In this document: positions 29,712-39,714 of the stretch, one piece after another
How the letters are laid out: every line of letters begins with the position of its first letter
How positions within the stretch are numbered: position 1 is the first letter of the stretch
Assembly: GCA_963767005.1 (NCBI GenBank)
Contig: CAVYCN010000008.1
Span: 1-64,000 of the forward strand
Source of the DNA: an uncultured Actinomycetes bacterium
GTDB lineage: Bacteria; Actinomycetota; Thermoleophilia; UBA2241
Reading direction: 5' to 3'
Length of the DNA stretch: 64,000 nt
Notes under the pieces: model-generated
The model's input: only the letters and a program-made list of their open reading frames with translations
The model's database searches: none
What the model was told of the DNA's origin: nothing
Made by a program: the position numbers and the translations under genes

Positions 29712-30659
29712 ATGCGGGCCGCAGTGGACGCACCCCGCTCAGATCCTCCCCCCGCCGCCGCCGGTGCTCGCCGGCCGAGCGGCCCGCTGCTCGCGCCGCT
29801 GCTCGTGCTGGCGCTTGCCTTCTCGTTCCAGAGCGGCTCGGCCCTGGCCACCCGGGTCATCGTCGGCGTCGGCGTGATCGCCGCGCTCTGGCTGCGCACG
29901 GCGATCGCCGCCGCTGTGCTCGTGGCCGTGCGGCCGCGCTCGCTGCGCCTGCCGCCGCGCGAGCTGCGTCTCACCATGGGGCTGCTCGCCCTCGCGCTGC
30001 TCGGCATGAACCTGAGCTTCTACGGCGCGATCTCGATGGCGCCGCTCGGCGTGGTCGTGGCGATCGAGTTCGCGGGGCCACTCGTCGTGGCCGTGGTCGA
30101 CTCGCGGCGGGCGCTCGACCTGGTCTGGGTCGCGCTCGCCGGCGCGGGCATCGTCGCGCTCGCCGGGCCGAGCGGTTCGATCGGCGCGGCCGGCCTCGCC
30201 CTCGCGCTGTCGGCCGGCCTGTTCTGGGGCCTCTACCTGGTGCTCGCGCGTCGTGCCGTGCGCACGCTCGAGCCGCTGCACGCCACGACGCTCATGATCG
30301 TCGGCTCGACCATCGTGCTCACCGCGATCGCCGCGCCGTTCGCGCCGCGCCTGGTCCGGCATCCGGCCGACGTCGGCCTGGGGGTCGTCGTCGCGCTGCT
30401 GTCGACCGCCGTGCCGTACTTCCTCGAGCTCGTCGCCCTGCGGCTCGTGCGGGCCTCGACCTACGGTGTGCTGCTCAGCCTCGAACCGGCGGTGGCCGCC
30501 CTGACCGGCTTCGTCATCGCCGGCCAGGCGCTGGGCGCCCTCGACGTGGCCGCCATCGCGACGGTCATGGTGGCGGCCGCCGGGGCGAGCTGGCGCGCGG
30601 TCTCCGGGAGCCGGCCCCCGGAGCCGGAACCGTCCGACGTGGGCGTCCCGCCGCTCTAG
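29712..30659 (+). CDS. EamA/RhtA-like DMT exporter
   Basis: Q.GSALA, MNLSFY.AI...PLG..VAIEF.GP, LLSTAVPY.LE, LLSLEPA. Confidence 0.92.
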   Translation: MRAAVDAPRSDPPPAAAGARRPSGPLLAPLLVLALAFSFQSGSALATRVIVGVGVIAALWLRTAIAAAVLVAVRPRSLRLPPRELRLTMGLLALALLGMNLSFYGAISMAPLGVVVAIEFAGPLVVAVVDSRRALDLVWVALAGAGIVALAGPSGSIGAAGLALALSAGLFWGLYLVLARRAVRTLEPLHATTLMIVGSTIVLTAIAAPFAPRLVRHPADVGLGVVVALLSTAVPYFLELVALRLVRASTYGVLLSLEPAVAALTGFVIAGQALGALDVAAIATVMVAAAGASWRAVSGSRPPEPEPSDVGVPPL

Positions 30660-30704
30660 AGACGCGGCAGGGAGCGGGCGCCCGACGGCGAACGACGAGC
30701 GACC

Positions 30705-32474
30705 ATGGCAAGGTCTGGACGGCGGCACGATGACGAGGGCGGCGCGGTGGGGCCCGACGGGCCCCGCCGCGCCGCCCTCGTCCCCTGGCTCTCCGGGTAT
30801 CGCGCCGGCTACCTTCCCACTGATCTCGTCGCCGGCGTCACGCTCGTCGCGATCGCCGTGCCGGAGCAGCTTGCCACCGCTCGCCTGGCCGGCATGCCCG
30901 TGGTCGCCGGCCTCTACGCGTTCCTCGCCGCCGTCGTCGCGTTCGCCTTCCTCGGCTCGAACCGCGTCCTGTCGGTCGGCGCCGACTCGACGATCGCCCC
31001 CATGCTGGCGGCCGCCGTGGCGACCGTCGCCGGCGCGGCCGGCGGGCGCTACGGCGCCGACATGGCGCTCCTGTCGCTGCTCGTCGGCCTGCTCGTGATC
31101 GCGGTCGGCCTGGCCCGCATGGGCTGGATCGCCGACTTCCTCTCGGTGCCCGTCGTCACCGGCTTCCTCGCCGGCATCGCCGTGACCATCGTCGCCGGCC
31201 AGCTCTCCGAGGTGCTGGGCCTGCCCGCCGCTCACGGCAGCGCCTTGCACAAGCTGGCCGGCGTGGCGCGCCACCTCGGCGCCGTGAACGGCCGGGCGCT
31301 CGCCGTCGCCGCCGTCGTGTTCGCCGTGATCGTCGTGACCGAGCGCGTCGACCGCCGTCTGCCCGGCGCGCTGTTCGGCGTGGTGCTCTCGCTCGTGGCG
31401 TCGGCCGCGTTCGACCTGTCGGCGCACGGCGTGGTGACCATGGGCCGGCTGCCGGCAGGGCTGCCGGCGCTGCAGGCGCCGCCCCTGTCGGCGCACCTTG
31501 TCTGGCGGCTCCTGCCGGCCGCGGCGGCGATCGCCCTGATCGTCGTCACACAGACCTCGGCGACGGCCCGCTCGTTCGCCGGCGGCGCTGGCGATGACGT
31601 CGACCGCGACTTCGTCGGGGTCGGCGCCGGCAGCGTGCTCGCCGCCCTCGCGGGTGGCTTCGCCGTCGATGCGAGCCCGCCGCGCACGGCCGTCATCGTC
31701 GAGTCCGGCGCCCGCTCGCAGGTGCCTGGCCTGGTCGCCGGCCTGGTCGTGGTCGCCCTGATCGTGGCGGCGGCCGGCCTGCTCGCCGACCTGCCGCTTG
31801 CCACCCTGGGCGCCGTGCTGATCTGGATCGCCCTGCGCATCTTGCGCGTGCCCGAGCTGCGCGCCATCTACCGCTTCGACAAGGTCGAGTTCGGCGTGTC
31901 GATGGTCACGCTCGCCACGGTCGTCGTCCTGGGCGTCGGCCCCGGGGTGCTGGCCGCCGTGCTGCTCTCGATCCTCTACCGCACGTGGCGCAGTGCGCGG
32001 CCGCGCGACGCGCTGCTCGGCCGCCTGCCCGGCACCACGGTCTGGTGGTCGCTGCGCGAGCGTCCCGACGCCGAGCAGCTCGCCGGTGTCGTCGCCTACC
32101 GCTTCGACGCACCGCTCTACTTCGCCAACGCGACGCGCTTCCACGAGCGGGTCCGCGAGCTGGTCGACGCTGCGCGTCCCACGCCCCGCCTCTTCGTGCT
32201 CGACGCGTCCGGCATCGACGACGTCGACTACACCGGCGGTCGGGCGCTGCTCAGCCTGGTGGACGAGCTCAAGGCCGGTGGCGTCGACGTGGCGGTGGCG
32301 AGGGCGACCGGCGATGTGCCGCGCGACACGGCTCGCGCCGGTCTGCGCCGCCACGTGCCCGACGACCACATCTTCGTCACCGTCGACGACGCGGTGCGCG
32401 CCCTCGGGCCCCGGGCCGGCGACGCCGGGACGGGGCCGCGCCAGACGCCTGACGCTCGGCCGGCGCGCGAGTAG
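30705..32474 (+). CDS. SulP-family anion transporter with STAS domain
   Basis: DLVAGVTL.A..VPE, PV.GLY, VVTGFLAG, RFDAPLYFANA, LDAS.I.DVDYT. Confidence 0.93.
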   Translation: MARSGRRHDDEGGAVGPDGPRRAALVPWLSGYRAGYLPTDLVAGVTLVAIAVPEQLATARLAGMPVVAGLYAFLAAVVAFAFLGSNRVLSVGADSTIAPMLAAAVATVAGAAGGRYGADMALLSLLVGLLVIAVGLARMGWIADFLSVPVVTGFLAGIAVTIVAGQLSEVLGLPAAHGSALHKLAGVARHLGAVNGRALAVAAVVFAVIVVTERVDRRLPGALFGVVLSLVASAAFDLSAHGVVTMGRLPAGLPALQAPPLSAHLVWRLLPAAAAIALIVVTQTSATARSFAGGAGDDVDRDFVGVGAGSVLAALAGGFAVDASPPRTAVIVESGARSQVPGLVAGLVVVALIVAAAGLLADLPLATLGAVLIWIALRILRVPELRAIYRFDKVEFGVSMVTLATVVVLGVGPGVLAAVLLSILYRTWRSARPRDALLGRLPGTTVWWSLRERPDAEQLAGVVAYRFDAPLYFANATRFHERVRELVDAARPTPRLFVLDASGIDDVDYTGGRALLSLVDELKAGGVDVAVARATGDVPRDTARAGLRRHVPDDHIFVTVDDAVRALGPRAGDAGTGPRQTPDARPARE

Positions 32475-32557
32475 ACTGTCCCGGCCGCCGCGCACGGCGG
32501 CCCCGCTCCGGCGGCGCCATGCAGCCCGAGCGACCACAAAGCCCTGGAGGCAGACAC

Positions 32558-33382
32558 ATGACCACACGGCGTCCGCTCGCTCTCGTCACCGGCGCCTCGT
32601 CGGGCATCGGCCGGGCGCTGGCCCGGCTGCTGGCCCGCGAAGGCTACGACCTGATCGTCGCGGCGCGTCGCCGCGAGCGGCTCGAGGAGCTCGCCGCCGA
32701 GCTCGCGCGGCACTGCGTGCGCGTCGAACCGGTGGTCGCCGACCTGACGGCGCCGGCCGACGTCGAGCGGCTCGCCGAGCAAGCGGCCGCCGCGCCGCTC
32801 GCGCTGCTCGTCAACAACGCCGGCTTCGGCGGCTACGGTCCGTTCGTCGAGATCGACCCCGACGTCCTGCGCGGCCTGCTCGCGATCCACGTGACCACGC
32901 CGGCCACGCTCGTGCGGGCCGCTCTGCCCGGCATGGTGGCGCGCGCCGCCGGCGCCGTCGTCACCGTCTCGTCGCTGCTCGCGCTGAGCGGGCCGCTGCG
33001 CCTGGGCATGGCCGGGCGCGCGACGTACGCGGGCGCGAAGTCGTTCCAGCTCGTCTTCACGCAGGCGCTGGCGGCCGAGCTCGAGGGCAGCGGCGTGCAC
33101 GCCATGGTGTGCCTGCCCGGCATGGTCGAGAGCGAGTTCCACGGCGGACGCTCGCTCGCCGGCCGGCCGGGCGTGCCGCCACTCATGAGCGCCGAGGACT
33201 GTGCCGCCGCGATCGTCGCCGGCCTGGCCCAGCGTGAGGTCGTGTGCGTGCCCGGGCTCGACGGCGCGCCGGCCGTCTTCGAGCGGCTCGCCGAGCTGCA
33301 GCGAGCCGCGCTGGCCGCCGGCAACCGCAGCGGCGGCCTGGCGGCACGCTACGGCGGGCCGGAGGCGGGCAGCACGGCATAG
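32558..33382 (+). CDS. Short-chain dehydrogenase/reductase
   Basis: TGASSGIG, LVNNAG, YAGAK; GGAGG RBS. Confidence 0.93.
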   Translation: MTTRRPLALVTGASSGIGRALARLLAREGYDLIVAARRRERLEELAAELARHCVRVEPVVADLTAPADVERLAEQAAAAPLALLVNNAGFGGYGPFVEIDPDVLRGLLAIHVTTPATLVRAALPGMVARAAGAVVTVSSLLALSGPLRLGMAGRATYAGAKSFQLVFTQALAAELEGSGVHAMVCLPGMVESEFHGGRSLAGRPGVPPLMSAEDCAAAIVAGLAQREVVCVPGLDGAPAVFERLAELQRAALAAGNRSGGLAARYGGPEAGSTA

Positions 33383-33478
33383 CCGCCGGCCCGCGCGAGC
33401 GCGCGGCGTCGCGAGCGCGGCCGCCTCGCGCGCGCTCGCGAGCGACGCCACTGGCGCGCGGGCTCGGCGGGCTCGCTC

Positions 33479-34891
33479 TCAGTCGCCCTGGGAGCGGCGC
33501 CGCATGCGCTCCCACAGCCCGGGGCCGGTCGCCTGACCGCGGCGCCGCAGCTCGCGCCAGCTCGCGGCGTGCTCGACGTCGACCAGCCGGTTGCTGCGGT
33601 TGCGCGTCGTCATCTGCAGGAGCCAGCGCAGCAGCGTGACCCCGCGGTTGCCCCAGCCGATCAGGTAGTAGAGGTGGATGAAGGCCCACAGCACCGAGCC
33701 GGGAAAGCCGCCGACGCGCAGGCCGTAGGCGTCGACCACCGCGCGCCGCGGGCCGACCGTCGCCATTGTGCCCTTGTCGCGGTAGCGGAAGGTCGCCGGC
33801 GCCGGCCGGCCGGCGACGCGCGCCGCGATGACCGAGGCGACGAAGCGCCCCTCCTGCATGGCCACGGGGGCGACGCCGGGCAGGTCGTCGACCGCGGCGA
33901 CGTCGCCGACGACGAACACCTCGGGACGACCCGGCAGGCTGAGATCGGGGGCGACGACGAGGCGGCCGATGCGGTCGCGGGCGGCGCCGGCGGCGGCCGC
34001 CAGGGCGGCCGCCGCCGGCGCCGCCCGCACTCCCGCCGCCCAGATGATCGTGTGGCTGCGGATGCGCTCGCCCGTCCCCTTTTCGGCGTCGCTCGCCCGC
34101 ACGTTCACGCCGCCGACGTCGATCTCCTCGGCGAGGGCGCCGGTGCTGATCTCTACGCCCAGGCTGCGCAGGTCGCGCGCCGCGCGCTGCGACAGCGCGG
34201 CGGGAAAGCGCGGCAGGATGGCGGGCGCGGCGTCCATCAGCAGGACGCGTGCCTCACGCGTCGCCACGTTGCGAAAGTCGCGCGGCAGGACGCGATGGGC
34301 GAGCGTCGCGATCTCGCCGGTGAGCTCGACGCCGGTCGGCCCGGCGCCGATCACGACGAACGTGAGCCAGGCGCGGCGTTCCTCGGGGTCGGCGGCAAGC
34401 TCGGCCATCTCGAAGGCGCCCAGGATGTGGCTGCGCAGCCAGCGCGCGTCCTCGAGGCTCTTGAGGCCCGGGGCGGCGGCGGCCCAGTCGTCGTGGCCGA
34501 AGTAGTCGGTCTCGACGCCGGTGGCAAGGGCGAGGATGTCGTAGGGCAGGTCGAACGGCCGGCCGTCGGGCGCGACCGCCTGCACCGAGCGCGCCGCGAC
34601 GTCGAAGTCGACGACCTCGGCCAGCAGCACGGCGGCGTTGTCCTGGTCGCGCAGCACGCCGCGGAGCGCCGGGGCGACCGAGCCCTCGTCTATGGTGCCG
34701 GTCGCGACCTGGTAGAGCAGCGGCTGGAAGAGGTGGTGATTGACGCGGTCGACGAGCGTCACCTCGACGGGCGCCGTCGCCAGCGCGCGGGCGAGGTAGA
34801 GGCCGGCGAAGCCGCCGCCGACCACCACGACGCGGGGTCGTGCGGCGGCGGCGCCATCCTGAAGGTCTGTCTCGCTGGTCGCGTCGCTCAT
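33479..34891 (-). CDS. ndh: Type II NADH:quinone oxidoreductase
   Basis: VVVGGGFAG, LFQPLLYQVATG, GAGPTGVEL, WAAGV, VAPVAMQEG, FRYRDKG; TATGAT -10 at 34901-34906. Confidence 0.92.
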   Translation of the reverse strand: MSDATSETDLQDGAAAARPRVVVVGGGFAGLYLARALATAPVEVTLVDRVNHHLFQPLLYQVATGTIDEGSVAPALRGVLRDQDNAAVLLAEVVDFDVAARSVQAVAPDGRPFDLPYDILALATGVETDYFGHDDWAAAAPGLKSLEDARWLRSHILGAFEMAELAADPEERRAWLTFVVIGAGPTGVELTGEIATLAHRVLPRDFRNVATREARVLLMDAAPAILPRFPAALSQRAARDLRSLGVEISTGALAEEIDVGGVNVRASDAEKGTGERIRSHTIIWAAGVRAAPAAAALAAAAGAARDRIGRLVVAPDLSLPGRPEVFVVGDVAAVDDLPGVAPVAMQEGRFVASVIAARVAGRPAPATFRYRDKGTMATVGPRRAVVDAYGLRVGGFPGSVLWAFIHLYYLIGWGNRGVTLLRWLLQMTTRNRSNRLVDVEHAASWRELRRRGQATGPGLWERMRRRSQGD

Positions 34892-34981
34892 GGCGCCGGC
34901 ATCATACCGCGTCCGGCACGGCCGCCGGCGGTGGCGGGCAGCGCGATAAGATGCCGGCGAGGCGACGGGACGGGAGGCCGG

Positions 34982-35731
34982 GTGGAAGCGAAGGTCGTGG
35001 TGCTGGTGGCGGCGACGAGCGAGTGGCGCGCCCTCGAGGTGCTCTGGCCGGCGCCGGCGCGGCGGTCCTCGCCGTTCGGGGAGTGGTTCGTCCTGCCCGA
35101 CGAGGCGGCCGGTCCCGGCGTCGTCGTGCTCCACGGGGGCTGGGGCAAGATCGCGGCGGCGGCCGCGACGCAGTACGCGATCGACCGCTTCGCGCCCGAG
35201 CTGCTCGTGAACCTCGGCACCTGCGGCGGCCTCGCCGGCGACGTCGAGCGCGGCGAGGTGCTGCTCGCCGACGAGACGCTCGTCTACGACATCGTCGAGC
35301 GCATGACCGACCCCGACGAGGCGATCGCCGCCTTCACCACCCGCATCGACCTGTCGTGGCTCGGGCCGTCGCCGTGGCCCACGCCGGTGCGCCGCGCCCG
35401 CCTCGTGTCGGCCGACGGTGACATCGCGCCGGCCCGGGTCGTCGAGCTGCGGGAGCGCTTCGCGGCCGTCGCCGCCGACTGGGAGAGCGGCGCCATCGCC
35501 TGGACGGCGGCGCGCAGCGGTGTGCCCTGCCTCATCCTGCGTGCGGTGAGCGACCTGGTCGACGGGGCGGCCGGCGAGGTCTACGACGACTACGCCGAGT
35601 TCGAGCGTCGCAGCCGCGCCGTGATGGAGACGCTGCTCGCCGCGCTGCCGGCCTGGCTCGCGGCGTGGGAGCGGCGGCCGCCGGGCTGGCGCCCGGCCGC
35701 CGCCGGCCGGCCCTCGACCGAGGGCCGTTGA
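34982..35731 (+). CDS. MTA/SAH nucleosidase (PNP_UDP_1)-family protein
   Basis: GWGKIAAA, NLGTCGG, DWESGAIA, LRAVSD; GGAGG RBS. Confidence 0.85.
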   Translation: MEAKVVVLVAATSEWRALEVLWPAPARRSSPFGEWFVLPDEAAGPGVVVLHGGWGKIAAAAATQYAIDRFAPELLVNLGTCGGLAGDVERGEVLLADETLVYDIVERMTDPDEAIAAFTTRIDLSWLGPSPWPTPVRRARLVSADGDIAPARVVELRERFAAVAADWESGAIAWTAARSGVPCLILRAVSDLVDGAAGEVYDDYAEFERRSRAVMETLLAALPAWLAAWERRPPGWRPAAAGRPSTEGR

Positions 35732-35799
35732 CGGGCGGTCTTGCCCGGCACAGCGCGGGAAACTGCTGGAGTGCAGGCAACGACCGATAGCACTCCGGA

Positions 35800-36009
35800 G
35801 TGAGCGGCACGTGGTTCCCGATCGGCAGTCACGGCGTGCTGCATGAGGTCGCCCAGTTCCTGCCGTCGTACTGGCTCGTGCAGGCAAGCCACGTCGGCGT
35901 CGGCGGCAGGAGCTGGACCGCGCTGGGGTGGATCACGATCGCGGTCTGGAGCGTGGCGCTCACTTTGCTTGCCGCCGTCGCCTATCGCCGCGACACGAAC
36001 CGGGTGTAG
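35800..36009 (+). pseudogene. Orphan C-terminal fragment of an ABC-2 permease
   Basis: GTWFP...L..VA.FLPSYWL and AYRRD match ABC-2 permease C-termini; no N-terminal part or ATPase partner upstream. Confidence 0.7.
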
Positions 36010-36056
36010 GCGGCGGGGGCGCGGGCCGGCGTTCGTGTGCGGGCGGCAGGGCGCCC

Positions 36057-36802
36057 ATGGTCGGCGTCGAATCGCCAGGCGTCGTGGACAGCGGAGCTAC
36101 CATCGGCTGGCCGGAGAGTGCCGACGAGCTCGTCGAGCTGCAGGCGCGCCTCGCGGCGGCGACCGCGGCGCCGTGGTCGCGCCGCCGCCGCCGCGCGGCC
36201 TGCTCGTCGCCGGGGTCTTCGTCACGTTCCCGACCGGCGCGAGCGGGCCGGGACACGCCGGCGACGCCGCCTGGGCCGCCGCGGCCACGGAGCGCGACGG
36301 CGCGCCGGTCGAGGAGGTCGTGGCGCGCGGCGTGGCGGGCGCGCCCTACCGCGCCGGGCTGCTCGCCCTGCGCGAGGGGGCGCTGCTCGAGGCCGCCCTG
36401 CGCACCCTCGCGGAGCGCCCCGATCTCGTGCTGGTCGACGCCACCGGGCGCGACCACCCACGCCGCGCCGGCCTCGCTGCGCACCTGGGCGCCGTCCTTG
36501 CGCTGCCCACGATCGGGGTGACCGATCGGGCTCTCGCCGCGACGGCCGTCACGCCTGGCGAGGAGCGGGGCGCGAGCGCCCCGCTCCTGCTCGACGGCGA
36601 GACGGTGGGCTACGCGGTGCGCACGCGTGCCGGCATCAGGCCGCTGCTGGCCCACGCCGGTTGGCGCACGACGCCCGAGCAGGCGCGCGACCTGCTGCTC
36701 GCGCTCACGCCGCGCTGGCGCACGCCGCGACCTCTGCGCGCGGCGCGCACGCTGGCGCGCGTCGCGCGCGCAGCCGGCGAGGGGCGCCTGCCGGGCGGCT
36801 GA
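36057..36802 (+). CDS. nfi: Endonuclease V-like protein, divergent active site, one frameshift near 36180
   Basis: WP.SA.EL..LQ..LA, PY..GLLALRE, VLVDATGRDHPRRAGLA.HLG, PTIGV. Confidence 0.82.
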
Positions 36803-36955
36803 GCACCTGCTCGAGCGGTCGCGCGAGGCGTCAACGTCGCCCGCGCGGCCGGAGGTAGGATACGGTGACGCGGGCGGCCTTTGGCCACCCGCGGACGACG
36901 ACGATCGACAGGAAGAGGCGATGGCCGACAGCAGCTCGAGCGGGGGGGCACCGAC

Positions 36956-37213
36956 GTGAGCACGCCCGCGCGCTCGAGGTCGTCGATGGCGCGCCTCGTC
37001 CTGGGCGTGCTGGTCGGCGCGATCGCCGTGGCCGTCGTCGCTTTCGTCACGCAGAACCGTCACCAGGTCAAGCTGACCTGGCTCGTCTGGAGCTTCTCGT
37101 GGCCGCTGTGGCTGCTGCTCGTCGTGACGATCGGTCTCTCGCTGCTTGCCTGGCAGCTGCTCGTGCTCGCGCTGCGGTTCCGGCGGCGCCGGTCCCGCTC
37201 GACGCTTCGGTAG
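36956..37213 (+). CDS. LapA/DUF1049-like small membrane protein
   Basis: FVTQN...V.L..L.W....PLW.LL pattern; two TMs and a basic tail. Confidence 0.8.
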   Translation: MSTPARSRSSMARLVLGVLVGAIAVAVVAFVTQNRHQVKLTWLVWSFSWPLWLLLVVTIGLSLLAWQLLVLALRFRRRRSRSTLR

Positions 37214-37264
37214 GCGCGCCGCCGCCCGTCCGCGCGGCGGGCCGGGAAACGACAAGGAGTCGCC

Positions 37265-38200
37265 GTGGCCGACAAGACCTTTCGCAACCTCGCGGAGTTC
37301 ATCGCGCCGTTCCGGGTGACGCCCGGCCGGCGCGTGCGCCTGGCCCGCGACTACGATCCCGCCTTCAGGGCGCACTACCTGAAGAAAAAAGACGGCGCGG
37401 AGTTCCTGCAGCAGGGCGTGGCGCTGCTCAGCGACTATCAGGCGCGCCTGGCCGCGCAGGACACCTGGGGGCTGCTCGTCGTGCTCCAGGCTCTCGACGC
37501 CGCCGGCAAGGACGGCACCATCCGTCACGTCATGAGCGGCGTCAACCCGCAGGGGGTGGCCGTCTCGAGCTTCAAGACGCCGTCGGCCGAGGAGCTCGAC
37601 CACGACTTCCTCTGGCGCTACGCGCGGCGGCTGCCGCGGCGCGGCGAGATCGGCATCTTCAATCGCTCCCACTACGAAGAGGTCCTGGTCGTGCGCGTGC
37701 ACCCGGAGCTGCTCGGGGCGCAGCGGCTGCCGAAGGCGGCGACCCGGCGCGACGTCTGGCGCCGCCGCTACCGCGAGATCAACGACTGGGAGCGCTACCT
37801 GTCCGACAACGGCCTGCGGGTCGTCAAGCTGCTGCTCAACGTCTCGCGTGAGGAGCAGCGCCGGCGCTTCCTGGCGCGCATCGACAGCCCCGATAAGAAC
37901 TGGAAGTTCTCGGCCCACGACGTGGCCGAGCGCCGCTACTGGGACGACTACCAGAAGGCCTTCTCGGAGATGTTGTCGGCCACGAGCACGACGTGGGCGC
38001 CGTGGCATGTGATCCCCGCCGACCACAAGTGGTTCGCGCGGGCCGCCGCCGCCGCCGTCATCGTGCACGCCCTCAAGGAGATCGACCCGCGGTACCCCAA
38101 GGTCGACGAGGCGACGCACACGGAGCTGCTGCAGGCCAGGACCGAGCTCGAGGCCGAGGGCGGCGGCGAGTCGGCGCCGACCTCCGGCACCGCCGGCTGA
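37265..38200 (+). CDS. ppk2: Polyphosphate kinase 2 family (class III-like)
   Basis: QALDAAGKDG, GVNPQG, FKTPS.EEL.HDFLWR, FNRSHYE, KNWKF, IPADHKW; AAGGAG RBS. Confidence 0.93.
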   Translation: MADKTFRNLAEFIAPFRVTPGRRVRLARDYDPAFRAHYLKKKDGAEFLQQGVALLSDYQARLAAQDTWGLLVVLQALDAAGKDGTIRHVMSGVNPQGVAVSSFKTPSAEELDHDFLWRYARRLPRRGEIGIFNRSHYEEVLVVRVHPELLGAQRLPKAATRRDVWRRRYREINDWERYLSDNGLRVVKLLLNVSREEQRRRFLARIDSPDKNWKFSAHDVAERRYWDDYQKAFSEMLSATSTTWAPWHVIPADHKWFARAAAAAVIVHALKEIDPRYPKVDEATHTELLQARTELEAEGGGESAPTSGTAG

Positions 38201-38250
38201 CGGCCGGCGCGGCGACGTCGCGCCGTCGCCCCGCGTGCCCGAGCGGCCGC

Positions 38251-39714
38251 CTACGGCAGCCCGGCGACGACGTGCTCGAGCAGCCGGATGAGAGGCGAGG
38301 GGTAGACGCCGAAGAACAGCACGGCGGCGACCACGACGGCGAGGGTCGAGGGGCCGGCGAGCCGGCCGGCGGCTGTGGCCAGGGGCGGCAGCGCCGCCGC
38401 GGCGTCTGCTTCGAGCGGCTTCTGCACGTACATGGCGACGACGATCCGCGTGTAGTAGTAGAGGCCGACGGTGCTCGTCGACACGAGCACGATGAGCAGC
38501 CACCACAGGTTCGAGCCGGCGCCGGCCGTCACCACGTAGAACTTGGCGAGGAAGCCGGCCGTCAGCGGGATGCCGGCCAGCGAGAACAGCACCGCGGCGA
38601 AGGTGCCGGCGAGCAGCGGCCGGCGGGCGCCGAGGCCGCGGTAGTCGTCGATCCGCTCGGCGTCGCGGCCGTCGGGGCCGGACAGCTCGGCGACGACGCC
38701 GAAGGCGCCCAGCGTGGTCGCGAAGTAGGCGACGAGGTAGAAGAGCACGGCGACCGCCGCCGTGCGGCCGAGGGCGAGGAAGGCGACCAGGATGTAGCCG
38801 AGGTGAGCGATCGACGAGTAGGCGAGCAGCCGCTTGACGTTGGTCTGCAGGAGCGCGAGCAGGTTGCCGGCCACCATCGACGCGGCGGCGATCGCGGCGA
38901 AGATCACCCAGACGGTGTCGTGCGGCGCGAGCGTCACGTGACGGAAGTAGCGCAGCAGGAGCGCCACCATGGCGCCCTTCGAGACCGTCGCGACGAAGGC
39001 GGTGACCGGCGCCGGCGCGGCCTGGTAGATGTCGGGCGTCCACATGTGGAACGGTACGACGCCGAGCTTGAAGCCGATCCCCACGATGATCAGGGCCAGG
39101 CCGCCGATCAGCACCTCGGTCTCGCCGGCGCCGCCGGTCACGTGCAGGCCGGCGAGCCCGCTCAGGCTCATCGTGCCGGTCTCGGCGTAGACGAGCGCCA
39201 TGCCGAAGAGCAGGAACGCGGCGGTGGCGGCCGCCAGCACGAGGTACTTGACGCCGGCCTCGATGAACTCGGGACGCTTGCGCGGGTAGGCGATCAGCGT
39301 GTAGAGCGAGACCGAGAGCACCTCGAGGCCTAAGAAGAACGAGGCGAAGTGGGTCGAGGCGACCAGGGCGGCGCCCCCGAGCGTGGCGAGCAGCAGCAGC
39401 GTGTAGTAGTCGTGGGGCCGCTCGCCGCGGCGCTCGAGGTAGCCGTACGACAGCAGCACGACGCCGGCCGTGGTGGCCGCGAGCAAGCCGATGAAGAACA
39501 GGGTGTAGTCGTCGAGCAGCAGCAGAGGAGTCACCTGCCGGTCGGCGCGCGTGGCCGCGACCGGCAGCATGGCGACCGTCCAGGCGAGGCCGGCGAGCGT
39601 GAGCCCTACAGTGAGCCGGTGGCTGCGGTGGAAGGTGCTGGCGACCATCACGATCACCGGCGACAGCGTGAGCGCGATGAAGGGCAGCAGGGTGACGGCG
39701 TCGGCGGGCTTCAC
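38251..39714 (-). CDS. nuoN: NADH-quinone oxidoreductase subunit N
   Basis: EAGVKY, FKLGVVPFHMWTPDIYQ.AP, KRLLAYSSIAH, SLAGIPLTAGF. Confidence 0.96.
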   Translation of the reverse strand: MKPADAVTLLPFIALTLSPVIVMVASTFHRSHRLTVGLTLAGLAWTVAMLPVAATRADRQVTPLLLLDDYTLFFIGLLAATTAGVVLLSYGYLERRGERPHDYYTLLLLATLGGAALVASTHFASFFLGLEVLSVSLYTLIAYPRKRPEFIEAGVKYLVLAAATAAFLLFGMALVYAETGTMSLSGLAGLHVTGGAGETEVLIGGLALIIVGIGFKLGVVPFHMWTPDIYQAAPAPVTAFVATVSKGAMVALLLRYFRHVTLAPHDTVWVIFAAIAAASMVAGNLLALLQTNVKRLLAYSSIAHLGYILVAFLALGRTAAVAVLFYLVAYFATTLGAFGVVAELSGPDGRDAERIDDYRGLGARRPLLAGTFAAVLFSLAGIPLTAGFLAKFYVVTAGAGSNLWWLLIVLVSTSTVGLYYYTRIVVAMYVQKPLEADAAAALPPLATAAGRLAGPSTLAVVVAAVLFFGVYPSPLIRLLEHVVAGLP

